Shown here piece after piece: positions 7,287-17,020 of a stretch of DNA of 58,161 nucleotides. The notes beneath the pieces were generated by a model. It was not told the DNA's origin. It was given only the letters and a program-made list of their open reading frames with translations, and did not search any database. The translations under genes were made by a program, and so were the position numbers. Each line of letters starts with the position of its first letter. Position 1 is the stretch's first letter. Where the stretch lies: the IMG/VR virus record IMGVR_UViG_3300019469_000054, positions 1-58,161 of that record. One strand, 5' to 3'. This DNA is from a virus.

Positions 7287-8855
7287 ATGGCGGAGAAGAT
7301 AGACTTTCGGGCTGTCGCAGATCAGTTCGGCACGCGCTCGCACGAGCGGGCAATGCGAGAGGATCCCGTTCTCTGGGCTCAAGATCGGCTCGGGGATCAC
7401 TTGTGGTCGAAGCAGCGTGAGGTTCTTCACTCTTTGCAGACTAATAAGCGCACCCTTGTCGCGTCTTGTCACGCTTCGGGCAAGACTTTCCTGGCCTCCC
7501 GGGCTATCGGGTGGTGGCTCGATGCCCATCCGCACGACCCTACCGAGACCCGCGTGATCACCACGGCCCCGTCGTGGAACCAGGTGAAGAACGTCATGTG
7601 GTCCTATGTCGAGGACCTCCAGTCCAAGGCGAACATGCCGGGACGCATCACTGGTAAAGCGGAGTGGACCTTCCCCGGGTTCAAGACGGCCACTGCGTTC
7701 GGGCGAAAGCCGGCGGACTATGACGAGTCCACCTTTCAGGGATTCCACTCCACCTACGTCCTCGCCGTTGTCGATGAGGCTGGCGGTGTAGCGGAGAACA
7801 TCTTCACCTCTGTCGAGACCATCACCACGAACAAGCACGCCCGTATCCTCGCCATCGCGAACCCGGACGATCCGAACTCGTACATGGCGAAGATCTGGCG
7901 AGACGAGTCGAAGCTCCCGCCTTCGGAACGGAAGTGGAACCTCATCACCATCTCCGCGTTCGACACGCCGAACTTCACCGGCGAGGAGGTGCCGGAGAAG
8001 GCGCAGGACAATCTGCTCCAGAAGGAGTGGGTCGATGACGCTGAGCGCCGTTGGGGCAAGGACGATCCCCGGTACGTGTCGAAGGTTCTCGCTCGGTTCC
8101 CCGACATCGGAGATGACGGGCTGTTCAATCTCGGACGCGTGCTCCAATCCATGAACGAGTGGGCTGATGACGAGTGGAACACGACCGCACCGGTCCACAT
8201 CGGTGTTGACGTCGGTCTGTCCACCACTGGTGACTTCAGTGTGATCTCCACCTGCCAGGATGGCCATGTCGAGGTCGTCGAGCGGGTGAAAGGCTATGAC
8301 GGGAACAGGCTCTCCCGGCTTATCGGGCAGCATGCCAAGCGTCTGCGGGCGGAAGGGCTCGACGTGGACATCCGTATCGACGCCGTGGGTGTCGGACGAG
8401 GTGTCCAGGCTGTCATCGACAACCATGTGCCCGAGGAGATTCCGGTCTACTGGATCGTCGGCAATGCTGCTTCGCCGGATAACCTGAAGTGGTACAACTT
8501 CCGCGCGGCGATGTACGACTCCGTCGCTCAGGCGATCAATGTTGGCGAGTTGTCGGTTCCGCCTGATGAGGCCTCTGGAGAGAAGACCGAGGGGCTCTTC
8601 GACGAGTTCCGCTCGATCCTCTACGAGTACAGGGGGACCAAGCTCCTGATCCGCGGGAAAGATGAACTGAAGAGGAAGGGCGAACCATCGCCTGACGTTC
8701 TAGACTCGATCTGCTACGCGTCGATGCCGAGCAGCCTTTTAACAGATGGGACCGACTCTCTCATCGAGGCTGATACCCTAATGGAGAGTACGGATTCCGA
8801 GTACTCGCCTATAGACGAGTGGGGTAACGAGGAGTGGACCTTCGCCCCAGCCTGA
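7287..8855 (+). CDS. terL: Terminase large subunit.
   Basis: 522 aa. RBS GAAGGAGG. Walker A-like SCHASGKTF. Typical TerL ATPase and nuclease layout, upstream of the portal gene. Confidence 0.9.
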   Translation: MAEKIDFRAVADQFGTRSHERAMREDPVLWAQDRLGDHLWSKQREVLHSLQTNKRTLVASCHASGKTFLASRAIGWWLDAHPHDPTETRVITTAPSWNQVKNVMWSYVEDLQSKANMPGRITGKAEWTFPGFKTATAFGRKPADYDESTFQGFHSTYVLAVVDEAGGVAENIFTSVETITTNKHARILAIANPDDPNSYMAKIWRDESKLPPSERKWNLITISAFDTPNFTGEEVPEKAQDNLLQKEWVDDAERRWGKDDPRYVSKVLARFPDIGDDGLFNLGRVLQSMNEWADDEWNTTAPVHIGVDVGLSTTGDFSVISTCQDGHVEVVERVKGYDGNRLSRLIGQHAKRLRAEGLDVDIRIDAVGVGRGVQAVIDNHVPEEIPVYWIVGNAASPDNLKWYNFRAAMYDSVAQAINVGELSVPPDEASGEKTEGLFDEFRSILYEYRGTKLLIRGKDELKRKGEPSPDVLDSICYASMPSSLLTDGTDSLIEADTLMESTDSEYSPIDEWGNEEWTFAPA

Positions 8856-8866
8856 GGAGTTGAACT

Positions 8867-10312
8867 GTGAAATTCGGCACATTTCAGATTGGTGGGTCCA
8901 CCCAGCGCGTCCAGGCCCGGCTGACTGAGGCGTCCAAGGCGTACGCTGCGGTCACCCGCGGGGCTGTCGCATCCCTCAACCGCGAGGACATCGGTTGGTC
9001 CCGCTGGGGCGATGAGGACGCCACCTCCGATGTAGTATCTCTCACAGTCATCAAGGAGCACTCGCTGAGGGCTCGCAGGCTCGCTGCTTACAACCCGCTG
9101 GTGAAGCGCGGTATTGGTATCCGCAACGCCTACATGTGGAGTGAGATTCCTCGCATTTCCGGGATCAAGACGCCCGAGACCGCGGCGCTCTATGACACCG
9201 TCCTCTCCCGCACCGCTCGCGCCCGGGATGAGGCAGCCTTCTGCACCGACGGTATCGTGCTCTACACCGTTCGCCGGACCGACAAGCGAGTGGCGCCCGT
9301 GCCCCTGTCGCGCATCCGTGGCATTGCCCGAGCCCTGGACGCCACCGATGAGGCCGACATCTTCGCCTTCCTGATCGACCCGGTACCCGTGTCGGACACC
9401 CTCTCCACAGCGGAGCAGGAGCGGCGTAAGCCGGAGTGGCACGTCGTCAATGGCAAGGACTGGGCGCCTGTCAAAGACGAGAAGGGCTACAGGACAGTCC
9501 ACGATGATCGGGTCGTCTACGAGATGGTCAACCGACAGATCGGCGAGCAGTGGGGTAAGCCCGAGCTCATGGGCGCCGTGTACTGGGCACAGGCCTACAA
9601 GGAGTTCCTCGAGGCCAGTCACGTCATGACCAAGGCTCTCGCCAGAATTGCGTTCAAAGTCACATCCGCCACGGCCAAGCAGCAGCAGGCCGTTATCCAG
9701 CAGATGTCGAATGCCCAGGGCATCGGCGGCCTCGCCTCGCTCGGCGCGGGCCAGGAGTTCACCGCCGTCTCCAAGGCCGGAGCGGGCATTGACTTCGGGG
9801 CCGGTACCCCGCTTGCCTCCATGGTCGCTAGCGCACTCGATGTGCCCCTGTCGGTCCTCCTCACAGACGGTTCGGCCGGTGGACGACAGGGCGCTGAGAT
9901 GGCTCTGGAGGATCCCACCTTCAAGGCTTTCGAGTTCCGTAGGCAGATTCACAAGAGCCTCATCCAGAAGATATTCCTGGCTCTTGGTCGGAAGGTCGAG
10001 GTTGAGCTCGCGCCGTTGTCGAACGAGCTCATTCAGCGCTGGGGCCAGGTCGTCACCCTCGGTCTTCAGAACGGAATCCTCCACAAGACCGAGGCGCGCA
10101 GCCTCTTCCTCGACAGGCTCCAGCCGATCAACGCCAGGCCGATCAACGATCTGCCCGTGTCGGAGGAGATTCTCGCTGCGAAGAGCCTAGCCGACCCCAA
10201 CGCCGTGCAGGACAGCGTCGCCAAGAAGAGCAACTCTCGCACCGGTGTGGGCGCCATGTCGGACGGCACGAACGCCAACCGTGATGAGTCCGGTGGCGAG
10301 ACTCTCGCCTGA
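8867..10312 (+). CDS. Portal protein.
   Basis: 481 aa. GTG start preceded by GAGGAG. Lies after terL, with portal-like size and composition. Confidence 0.85.
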   Translation: MKFGTFQIGGSTQRVQARLTEASKAYAAVTRGAVASLNREDIGWSRWGDEDATSDVVSLTVIKEHSLRARRLAAYNPLVKRGIGIRNAYMWSEIPRISGIKTPETAALYDTVLSRTARARDEAAFCTDGIVLYTVRRTDKRVAPVPLSRIRGIARALDATDEADIFAFLIDPVPVSDTLSTAEQERRKPEWHVVNGKDWAPVKDEKGYRTVHDDRVVYEMVNRQIGEQWGKPELMGAVYWAQAYKEFLEASHVMTKALARIAFKVTSATAKQQQAVIQQMSNAQGIGGLASLGAGQEFTAVSKAGAGIDFGAGTPLASMVASALDVPLSVLLTDGSAGGRQGAEMALEDPTFKAFEFRRQIHKSLIQKIFLALGRKVEVELAPLSNELIQRWGQVVTLGLQNGILHKTEARSLFLDRLQPINARPINDLPVSEEILAAKSLADPNAVQDSVAKKSNSRTGVGAMSDGTNANRDESGGETLA

Positions 10313-10331
10313 ATGAAAAGGAGTTCCTGAA

Positions 10332-11402
10332 ATGCGCACGGAGTACAGGTCCGCTTTCCACGGAGGGGTGACCGCTCTTCTGGAGGCGGCCACTCCGGAC
10401 GTGTTGTCCGGTGAGAAGCCCGGGCGGTACCGTATCCGAATCATCTGCCCGGGGCAGGGCTCCAGTGGCACCTACTCGGAGGCCAACCTCGCCGCCTCTG
10501 TCGGGCACTTCCCCGCCGGGACGCAGATGTTCATGGATCACCCGTCGAAGGACGAGGACGTGAACCGCCCCGAGCGATCCGTGAAGGACCTCGCGGGGCG
10601 GCTGGTGACCGACGCCGTTGTCGGTCTCGATGGAGCACTATACGCCGAGTGCGAGGTGTATCCGTCCTTCAACGACATCATCCGCGAGAAGTGGCAGGAC
10701 ATCGGGGTGTCGATCAATGCCTGGTCGGAGAACGGTCTGGACGCCGACGGCATTGTACCGGTATTCGATGGAGTCACTTCTGTAGACTTCGTAACGAAGG
10801 CGGGCGCAGGTGGCGCTTTGCTGGAGGTGCTGGAATCCCAGCGCGTCAGTTCCGATGAGGAGAACCATATGAACGAGGAGACGATCCGTCAGGCCATCGC
10901 CACTGCGGTGACCGAGGCTCTCGCCCCGCTTCTTGAGCTTCTCGCCAAGGACAATCTTCCGGGAGAGCAGCCGGTCGCCCCTGAGGCTCCCGCCGGCGAG
11001 GCCCCGGGCGAGGACCCTGAGCGGAAGCCCGAGGAGCCCGCAGACAAGCCCGAGGCCCCTGAGCCGACCCCCGAGCGCAAGCCCGAGGCGCCCGGCGAGA
11101 AGACCGACGACAAGCCACCCGCCGCTTCGGGTGAGAAGAAGCCCGACGACGACGAGGACGAGAAGAAGCGCAAGGCCCGTAAGGAGTCCGCTGCTGAGGC
11201 CTTCGTCATCGCCACCCGCCTGCTCGACTCCGGTCTGCCCTCCGTCGCCCAGAAGCGGGTCATCGACGCTGTCGAGTCCGGTACCGAGCTGAAGGAGGCC
11301 ATCTCGGCCGAGCAGCACTACCTGACTTCGGTCAAGGCATCCACGGCTGGGGAGATTCGCGAGGCGAGCTCCGAGCCTTACAAGATCAAGAACTTCAAGT
11401 GA
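10332..11402 (+). CDS. Head scaffolding / maturation-protease-like protein with a Pro/Glu/Lys-rich linker.
   Basis: 356 aa. Conserved-looking N-domain (ICPGQGSSGTYSEANL...FPAGTQMFMDHPS). Low-complexity PEAPxE repeats. Lies between the portal and capsid genes. Confidence 0.65.
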   Translation: MRTEYRSAFHGGVTALLEAATPDVLSGEKPGRYRIRIICPGQGSSGTYSEANLAASVGHFPAGTQMFMDHPSKDEDVNRPERSVKDLAGRLVTDAVVGLDGALYAECEVYPSFNDIIREKWQDIGVSINAWSENGLDADGIVPVFDGVTSVDFVTKAGAGGALLEVLESQRVSSDEENHMNEETIRQAIATAVTEALAPLLELLAKDNLPGEQPVAPEAPAGEAPGEDPERKPEEPADKPEAPEPTPERKPEAPGEKTDDKPPAASGEKKPDDDEDEKKRKARKESAAEAFVIATRLLDSGLPSVAQKRVIDAVESGTELKEAISAEQHYLTSVKASTAGEIREASSEPYKIKNFK

Positions 11403-11417
11403 GGTAAGGAGATCACA

Positions 11418-11894
11418 ATGGTACAGATCAACTCTTTCGGCGCCAAGAAGATTTCTGACATCCAGGTCTTCGAGTACTCCGACACCCTGTCCCTTCCTGT
11501 GGACCTGTCGAAGTACGGCAAGAGCCACATCGGCGATGTCGTTCAGGTCGGTGGCCTGCTCGGCGTCCTCGTGACTGAGATCGCCCCGTCCGCTCAGGAT
11601 CAGGCCAAGCTCGGCCAGGACCCGCTGTGGAACCCGCTGACCAAGCCGACCTGGGGCAACAACGGCCCGGGCTACGCTTCGGTCCGCATCGCCGGTGGCG
11701 TCTTCAAGCTCCAGGTAAACCTGACCGGGGTCGGTGTCGAGCCGGGTGCCCTGATCTACGCGAAGCCCGCTGCCAATGGCAGGATGGAGCTCACCAACGA
11801 CAAGGCCGCTGGTACTGCTGGGCTCGTCGGTTACGCCTACTCCAAGATCACTGGTACGGGTGCCCAGACGGTTCCCGTCATCCTCGCTCGCTGA
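11418..11894 (+). CDS. Head decoration / capsid cement-like protein.
   Basis: 158 aa. RBS AAGGAG. Lies directly upstream of the major capsid gene. Gly/Val-rich beta-type sequence. Confidence 0.6.
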   Translation: MVQINSFGAKKISDIQVFEYSDTLSLPVDLSKYGKSHIGDVVQVGGLLGVLVTEIAPSAQDQAKLGQDPLWNPLTKPTWGNNGPGYASVRIAGGVFKLQVNLTGVGVEPGALIYAKPAANGRMELTNDKAAGTAGLVGYAYSKITGTGAQTVPVILAR

Positions 11895-11912
11895 AAGGAA
11901 TGATGGGGCAAA

Positions 11913-13121
11913 ATGTTCACTTCTTACACTGAGTTCGCCAAGACTCTTGAGTCCGCTATCGGTGGTGACCGGGCGGCCCAGGGCCAGCTGAAGAACGCGA
12001 TCCTGGAGGCTGACTCCTCGCGCGACCGCGGCACCTTCCGTGAGGCCGTCACCTCGGACATGCTCGCTCCCTGGTTCACCCAGGCCGTGCAGCCCGCCTT
12101 CGAGGACGCCTACAAGGACCAGGAGGAGACCTGGAAGGAGTTCGCCAGCGAGGAGCTGCTGAACGACTTCCGCCCGGTTCAGCTCCTGTCGCTGGACCAT
12201 GACATCGACGCCACCCTTCTGCGGGACAACGGTGGTTTCGTGGCCCCGGCCGGCACCCTGCCGAAGATTCCGGAGCTCACCCCGTACCCGACCTTCGGCT
12301 ACAAGGCTTCGGGTCGCTGGATCGACACCGCCAAGCACGGTGCTCGCCTCCAGTTCTCGTGGGAGGCTTTCATCAACGACGACTACGGCCTCATCGAGCG
12401 GTTCCCCTCGGACGCCGCCAAGCTGGCCGCCCGCACCGTTGACGCTGCCTGCTACGGTGCGCTGTTCTCGCTCGACCCGAGCACCCCGGGCTTCAACTCC
12501 GGTGTGATCTCGGACTCGCTCGGCACCGTCCTGAAGGCCCGCAACGCGGATGGCGTTCTGATCAACAACAACGTTCCGAAGAACGCCCCCCTGTCGTACG
12601 ACGCCATCAAGGCCGCCATGCAGCAGGTCGCGGAGACCAAGGTCGATGGCCGGTATGTCACTGTCCCCTCCTACGTCCTCCTGGTTCCTCCGGCTCTGGA
12701 GAACCTGGCCAACATGGTGGTCAACACCCGCACTGTCGAGCGCGTTGTCGCTGGGCAGAAGGCGGGCGACCAGATGAAGTTCATCGAGGAGAACGGCCTG
12801 ACCGCCAAGGTCAAGGTTGTCGTCTCCGACCTGGTCGCCATCCTCGGTGGCGCCTCGCAGGGCGGCACCAACTGGGTCCTGGCTCCGGCTGGTGGTCGTA
12901 CCTCCGCCAAGCGCACCATCGTCCGCACCGCTCTCCGTGGCTACGACAAGCCCGAGCTGCGTGTGAAGAACGCTGGTGGCCTGTACCTGGGTGGCGGCGA
13001 GGTTCCCTACACCGCGGGTTCGTTTGACAACGACGACGCTCAGGCTCGCGTCCGCCTCACCACCGGTGCCGGAGTCCTTAACGTGGAAGGCCTGGTTGCT
13101 TCCACCGGTAAGGGCGTCTGA
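11913..13121 (+). CDS. Major capsid protein (HK97-like).
   Basis: 402 aa. RBS GAAAGGAA. Position and size fit, and a strong terminator follows. Confidence 0.85.
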   Translation: MFTSYTEFAKTLESAIGGDRAAQGQLKNAILEADSSRDRGTFREAVTSDMLAPWFTQAVQPAFEDAYKDQEETWKEFASEELLNDFRPVQLLSLDHDIDATLLRDNGGFVAPAGTLPKIPELTPYPTFGYKASGRWIDTAKHGARLQFSWEAFINDDYGLIERFPSDAAKLAARTVDAACYGALFSLDPSTPGFNSGVISDSLGTVLKARNADGVLINNNVPKNAPLSYDAIKAAMQQVAETKVDGRYVTVPSYVLLVPPALENLANMVVNTRTVERVVAGQKAGDQMKFIEENGLTAKVKVVVSDLVAILGGASQGGTNWVLAPAGGRTSAKRTIVRTALRGYDKPELRVKNAGGLYLGGGEVPYTAGSFDNDDAQARVRLTTGAGVLNVEGLVASTGKGV

Positions 13122-13151
13122 TTTATGCGACATCCCTAATCGCGGTCCCTC

Positions 13152-13184
13152 GGAACCCCGCCCCTGTCGAAGGGGCGGGGTTCC
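13152..13184 (+). terminator. Intrinsic terminator after the capsid gene.
   Basis: Perfect 14-bp stem GGAACCCCGCCCCT / AGGGGCGGGGTTCC with loop gtcga. Confidence 0.8.
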
Positions 13185-13224
13185 GCTGTAAACTACTGTA
13201 AAAGCGTTGACAGAAGGAGACACC

Positions 13225-13611
13225 ATGGCGTCCCTGGACTACAGCCAGCCAGTCAATCAGGTGCGTCTACTGATCCCTGACATTGTCAAGTTGGAGGATC
13301 CCAAGGACCTGCGGAAGCCGCCATCCTATATCTTCAGTGACATGGAGCTTTTCGGTTTCCTCGCCATCGAAGGTGGTAACGTCAAGAAGGCTGCCTCCCG
13401 AGCCCTTATGGCGATCGCTACGTCCGAGACGCTGATTCTCAAGGTCATCTCCACGGACAACAAGTCCACCAACGGAGCGACGCTAGGTGCGGAACTCAGG
13501 GCGCAGGCCAAGAGGCTGTGGGACGAGGCCAAGGAGGCCGAGCTCAACGATGTGGGCTTCGACTTCATCCCCGGTGTCGTTCCCCCGGGGGAGGACTGGG
13601 CATGGCACTGA
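13225..13611 (+). CDS. Head-tail connector/adaptor protein.
   Basis: The ATG at 13225 is preceded by GAAGGAGA (the track start at 13207 is TTG). 128 aa. First gene after the capsid terminator. Confidence 0.7.
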   Translation: MASLDYSQPVNQVRLLIPDIVKLEDPKDLRKPPSYIFSDMELFGFLAIEGGNVKKAASRALMAIATSETLILKVISTDNKSTNGATLGAELRAQAKRLWDEAKEAELNDVGFDFIPGVVPPGEDWAWH

Positions 13612-14096
13612 GCGTCCTGCACAACAAGGATCCCCGTTTCGATTCGGGGGCGTACTGGCCGCTGGGCTTGTTCTGCAACTGCCTCGTGGTCATCACAGAG
13701 CCCCCGGGCACGAAGAGCCACGAGTGGACAGAGGACGGCCCTGTCGATATCCCCCTGAAGGAGCTCTGGAAGGGCTACGCAGCGGTCAACCCGAACATCG
13801 CCTGGCGCGCCCGTGATCGTCGGTCGGCCTACGACGACACCGCAGTCCACGCCTACTACGTGCACCTGAACCACATCGACAAGAACCTGCTCGTATCCAA
13901 GGAGAAGTGGGGTGACAGGTCGCTGAGGTTCGTGCCTGGCTACGGGCAGGTCGTCAAGGTTCTGGAGAACAACTCGGATCCGCGGAACGTGGGTCTGCGC
14001 CTTGTCGTGCGCAACGCCCCGTCGGACTCCGACTACTGGCAGCCAACCTTGCTGTGCGACATCGACGTGGACGACTCCAAGGGCGGGACGCACTGA
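13602..14096 (+). CDS. Head-tail joining protein (hypothetical, 164 aa).
   Basis: The ATG at 13602 is preceded by GGGGGAGGA and overlaps the upstream stop by 10 nt. Confidence 0.65.
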   Translation: MALSVLHNKDPRFDSGAYWPLGLFCNCLVVITEPPGTKSHEWTEDGPVDIPLKELWKGYAAVNPNIAWRARDRRSAYDDTAVHAYYVHLNHIDKNLLVSKEKWGDRSLRFVPGYGQVVKVLENNSDPRNVGLRLVVRNAPSDSDYWQPTLLCDIDVDDSKGGTH

Positions 14097-14530
14097 TGGA
14101 CCTCGTTCGAGCCTCCTTAAGACGAAAGTCACAGGACTTCAATCAGGTGACGAGCGGGCTCAGTCGGTTCCAGGAAAAGGTCATCACTGACGCGTTCCGT
14201 GCCACCGAGGCCGCCGCGAAGGCCGGAGGCGATGTCGTCATCAGGACGGTGGACACTTCGGGTGCTGGGATGCCCTACAAGCACGACCCCACCACGGACG
14301 CTCGTGTGTGGACCGGGCACATGCGCTCGACCGCCGGGGACGGCACCGGATACCGCGTGAATGTGAGGAACCTCTCAGGCGGGAAGTTCTCCGCCTCTGT
14401 CGGGTTCACCGACGCCGACGAGAAGTACATCGGCTACCAGGAGGAGGGCACCTCGAAGCTTCGAGGGATGCTCGCCCTTCAGTCCGCGCGCACAGCCACT
14501 GATCAGGCGATGAAGGAGGCCGGATTCTGA
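14096..14530 (+). CDS. HK97 gp10-like head-tail joining protein.
   Basis: TGATG coupling. 144 aa. Position and general gp10-like pattern. Confidence 0.65.
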   Translation: MDLVRASLRRKSQDFNQVTSGLSRFQEKVITDAFRATEAAAKAGGDVVIRTVDTSGAGMPYKHDPTTDARVWTGHMRSTAGDGTGYRVNVRNLSGGKFSASVGFTDADEKYIGYQEEGTSKLRGMLALQSARTATDQAMKEAGF

Positions 14531-14964
14531 TGCTCGAACCCTTCGAGGGCGCCACTGTCGAGAAGTTCGACGAGGCCGCCATGAAGGAGCTGGAGACCCT
14601 CAAGGGCGTGCGGGTCTTCGACTCGCTCCGACCCGACGGCGATAATGACGGCAAGGACTACGTCGTCTACATGCCCGGGGATGTGACGCCTGGGGCCATG
14701 AGGAAGTACGGCTCGATCGTTGGTGCGACGCAGGCCGCTGTGATCCACCAGTTCGGCGTGCTTATCTCCTCCGTGTCGCCCAAGGCTCGGAACCACCTGC
14801 TCGCCGCTGTTCGCAGGCGGCTGCTGGGCTTCCAGATCCCGGGCACGAGTGAGGCCTTCGAGACCGGGGCGCTCAACTCGTATGGGAACACGGATAGTAC
14901 CGTAAGGCCGGTTCGATACACTTCTTACGTCACCTTCCAGGTGACGGTGGACAGGAGTGTGTGA
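14530..14964 (+). CDS. Tail terminator / neck protein (probable).
   Basis: 144 aa. TGATG coupling at both ends. Position upstream of the major tail gene. Confidence 0.6.
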   Translation: MLEPFEGATVEKFDEAAMKELETLKGVRVFDSLRPDGDNDGKDYVVYMPGDVTPGAMRKYGSIVGATQAAVIHQFGVLISSVSPKARNHLLAAVRRRLLGFQIPGTSEAFETGALNSYGNTDSTVRPVRYTSYVTFQVTVDRSV

Positions 14965-15188
14965 TGCCAAAGTACGCGACCGTTGAAGGTGTGGTCTTCG
15001 AGTACACCGAGGACTACGCTAATGCGATTAACACCGATGGCCGCTTGACTCGTGTCCCCGACGACACCCCTGTGTCGCCCCGGGAATGCTGCGGGGGCAC
15101 TGGTTGGATCGTCAACGGCGAGGTTGTTCATCTCGGCGATGGCGCCCCGCACAGCAATTATGTTCCTCGTCATAGGAAGGACGACTGA
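14964..15188 (+). CDS. Hypothetical protein (74 aa).
   Basis: The ATG overlaps the upstream stop (TGATG). Coding-like composition. Confidence 0.55.
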   Translation: MPKYATVEGVVFEYTEDYANAINTDGRLTRVPDDTPVSPRECCGGTGWIVNGEVVHLGDGAPHSNYVPRHRKDD

Positions 15189-15190
15189 TC

Positions 15191-15775
15191 ATGGCACAGG
15201 CTGCCGTTAAGAAGATGATGCCTCCGGGGACCACGATCTGGTGGGTCCCGATCGCGGACGCCCCGACGGTCAGGGATGTCGTCAAGGCCGCGCTCTACAA
15301 CTCCACTCCGGCTGGTGGTGGTGGTACCCCGACTCCGGCGAAGGCCAAGGACATTTCCTGCGCTGTCGTCTCGGGCTTCACCCTGAACCCGACCGACTCG
15401 GAGACGGACGACACCACGACCATCTGCGACTCTGCGGCGTCCAACACTCCGACCCGTGACGCCTACGAGGCTTCTCTCACCTTCCTGCGTGAGGCCCTCG
15501 ACGAGGCCTCCGGCAAGGGTAACCCGGACTCCCCCGCCTCTGTCGCGTTCGAGTTGTTCAAGAAGGGTGGTGTCTCCGCCAACGTCACCGGCTGGCTGGT
15601 GAAGCGCATCGGCTACAAGAACACCACGCCTGCCAAGGCCGGTCAGCTCGTTTCCGCGTTCCTCGTCATGCCTGACAACCCGCGTGACGAGGTCGGTGAG
15701 GGCAAGCAGCCCATCCAGATGACTGTTCCCTTCCTTCCTCAGGGCACCATGGTCATCAACGAGCCCCTCGTCTGA
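15191..15775 (+). CDS. Major tail protein.
   Basis: 194 aa. RBS AGGAAGGA. A strong terminator follows. Lies upstream of the chaperone and tape measure genes. Confidence 0.8.
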   Translation: MAQAAVKKMMPPGTTIWWVPIADAPTVRDVVKAALYNSTPAGGGGTPTPAKAKDISCAVVSGFTLNPTDSETDDTTTICDSAASNTPTRDAYEASLTFLREALDEASGKGNPDSPASVAFELFKKGGVSANVTGWLVKRIGYKNTTPAKAGQLVSAFLVMPDNPRDEVGEGKQPIQMTVPFLPQGTMVINEPLV

Positions 15776-15792
15776 TCGTCGGGTTCTGAGTC

Positions 15793-15825
15793 AAAAGCCC
15801 CGCTCTCACAAGGAGCGGGGCTTTT
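15793..15825. terminator. Intrinsic terminator after the major tail gene.
   Basis: AAAAGCCCCGCT ... AGCGGGGCTTTT, a perfect 12-bp stem flanked by A- and T-tracts. Confidence 0.85.
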
Positions 15826-15872
15826 GGTATACTCGTCTGGATCGATTGACGAATCGAAAGATTGGATGATTG

Positions 15873-16490
15873 ATGTCTGACGACAAGCTGACTTCTGCTG
15901 AGACCGAGGACGAGCTCCTCGACCTCGATGGGCTTCTTGACAACGTGAAGCAGACCCAGCGGGAGGTCACCGTCTACCCGGATGCCACCCTCGCCCAGCG
16001 GGCCATGGAGCTTCAGGAGCAGATTCTTGAGGAGCGTCAGTCCACCGAGAAGCCGGTGCGCGCGCTCAACGAGAAGACTCCGGAGACCGAGCTCGCTGAG
16101 ATTCTGGAGACGATGGAGAAGACCGCCATCGTCTTCACCCTTCGCGCCCTGGCTTCCGCTGAGATCTCCGCCATCCGCAACCACATCGTGGCGACCGTTC
16201 CGATCAAGAAGAACGCTACCGCTGATGAGACCAACGAGCTTCGTGAGACCCGGCAGCAGATCGCCTACGAGCACTACCTGTCGCACTCCGTGATCGGTAT
16301 CAAGTCCGGAGGCAAGTCCAAGAAGGGCTTGACTTCCCGCGAGGCTGCCAAGATGCGTCAGCGTCTCCCTGAGGCCGAGTGGGTCAAGCTCATCGAGAGC
16401 TTCGACAAGACGCAGGTTGCCACTGCGGCTCTTGAGCAGGTGATGGCCGACCCCACGTTTCGTTGGGCCATCACTGACGAGGAAGAGTAA
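15873..16490 (+). CDS. Tail assembly chaperone (G-like product).
   Basis: 205 aa, acidic. Canonical slot between the major tail and tape measure genes. Confidence 0.8.
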   Translation: MSDDKLTSAETEDELLDLDGLLDNVKQTQREVTVYPDATLAQRAMELQEQILEERQSTEKPVRALNEKTPETELAEILETMEKTAIVFTLRALASAEISAIRNHIVATVPIKKNATADETNELRETRQQIAYEHYLSHSVIGIKSGGKSKKGLTSREAAKMRQRLPEAEWVKLIESFDKTQVATAALEQVMADPTFRWAITDEEE

Positions 16491-16950
16491 CCAGAAGTTC
16501 GTCATCGCCCTGAAGACCGCCTGGCACTCGCACCTTCCGCCAACGCTCTACCTCCCCTCTGTCGGCAGGTACAGCAGATCCGTCCCGGTCTGGGACGAGA
16601 TCGATAACGACTGGAGGCGCGAGCCCCTGCCGCAGGACTTCAGGAACGAGCTCGACGTCCGCCTGGAGATGGCCTGGCAGTACTACACCGACTCCTGCTG
16701 CCCCAAGTGCGGGACCCCGGTCTGGTATGGACGAACCACTGACAACAGAGTTCAGTTCGACATCCAGGACACCATCTGCTACGGATGCGAGACCTTGGAG
16801 AAGGACGAGGCGGACAGGGAGCGCCGCAAGGAGCGGAAGCAGCCCGGTGTGACTAAGATCGCCGTTCCTGTCGGAGTCTCCTACGATGAGACCGGCGAGT
16901 TCGAGCCCCTGCCGACTCCATGGGAGGCCATGGCCTCCGTCCCGACCTGA
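16444..16950 (+). CDS. Tail assembly chaperone frameshift extension (T-like part), reached by a +1 or -2 shift from 15873-16490.
   Basis: The +1 frame is open from 16444 to 16950 and is coding-like well before its first ATG (16669). The -1 frame stops after 8 codons. Contains CCPKCG...CYGC zinc-ribbon-like cysteines. Confidence 0.6.
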   Translation, partial: WPTPRFVGPSLTRKSNQKFVIALKTAWHSHLPPTLYLPSVGRYSRSVPVWDEIDNDWRREPLPQDFRNELDVRLEMAWQYYTDSCCPKCGTPVWYGRTTDNRVQFDIQDTICYGCETLEKDEADRERRKERKQPGVTKIAVPVGVSYDETGEFEPLPTPWEAMASVPT

Positions 16951-17020
16951 CACGAGGCTATGAAACCCGGATTGATATTCTTAGCAGTATCAATCCGGGT
17001 TTTCTATTAAGGGGACGACA

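Noticed and set aside
10638-13226. Very long antisense ORFs. The 862-aa ORF here is one example. Similar ones lie at 7260-8426, 8714-10084, 16958-18586, 20936-23242, 26288-27775, 28913-30610, 46293-47105, 50610-51491, 53681-54916 and 54910-55761.
   Set aside because: They lie opposite or out of frame to genes with clear functions. They translate to Arg/Gly/Pro/Leu-rich low-complexity sequence and lack ribosome-binding sites. These are typical shadow ORFs of high-GC DNA.
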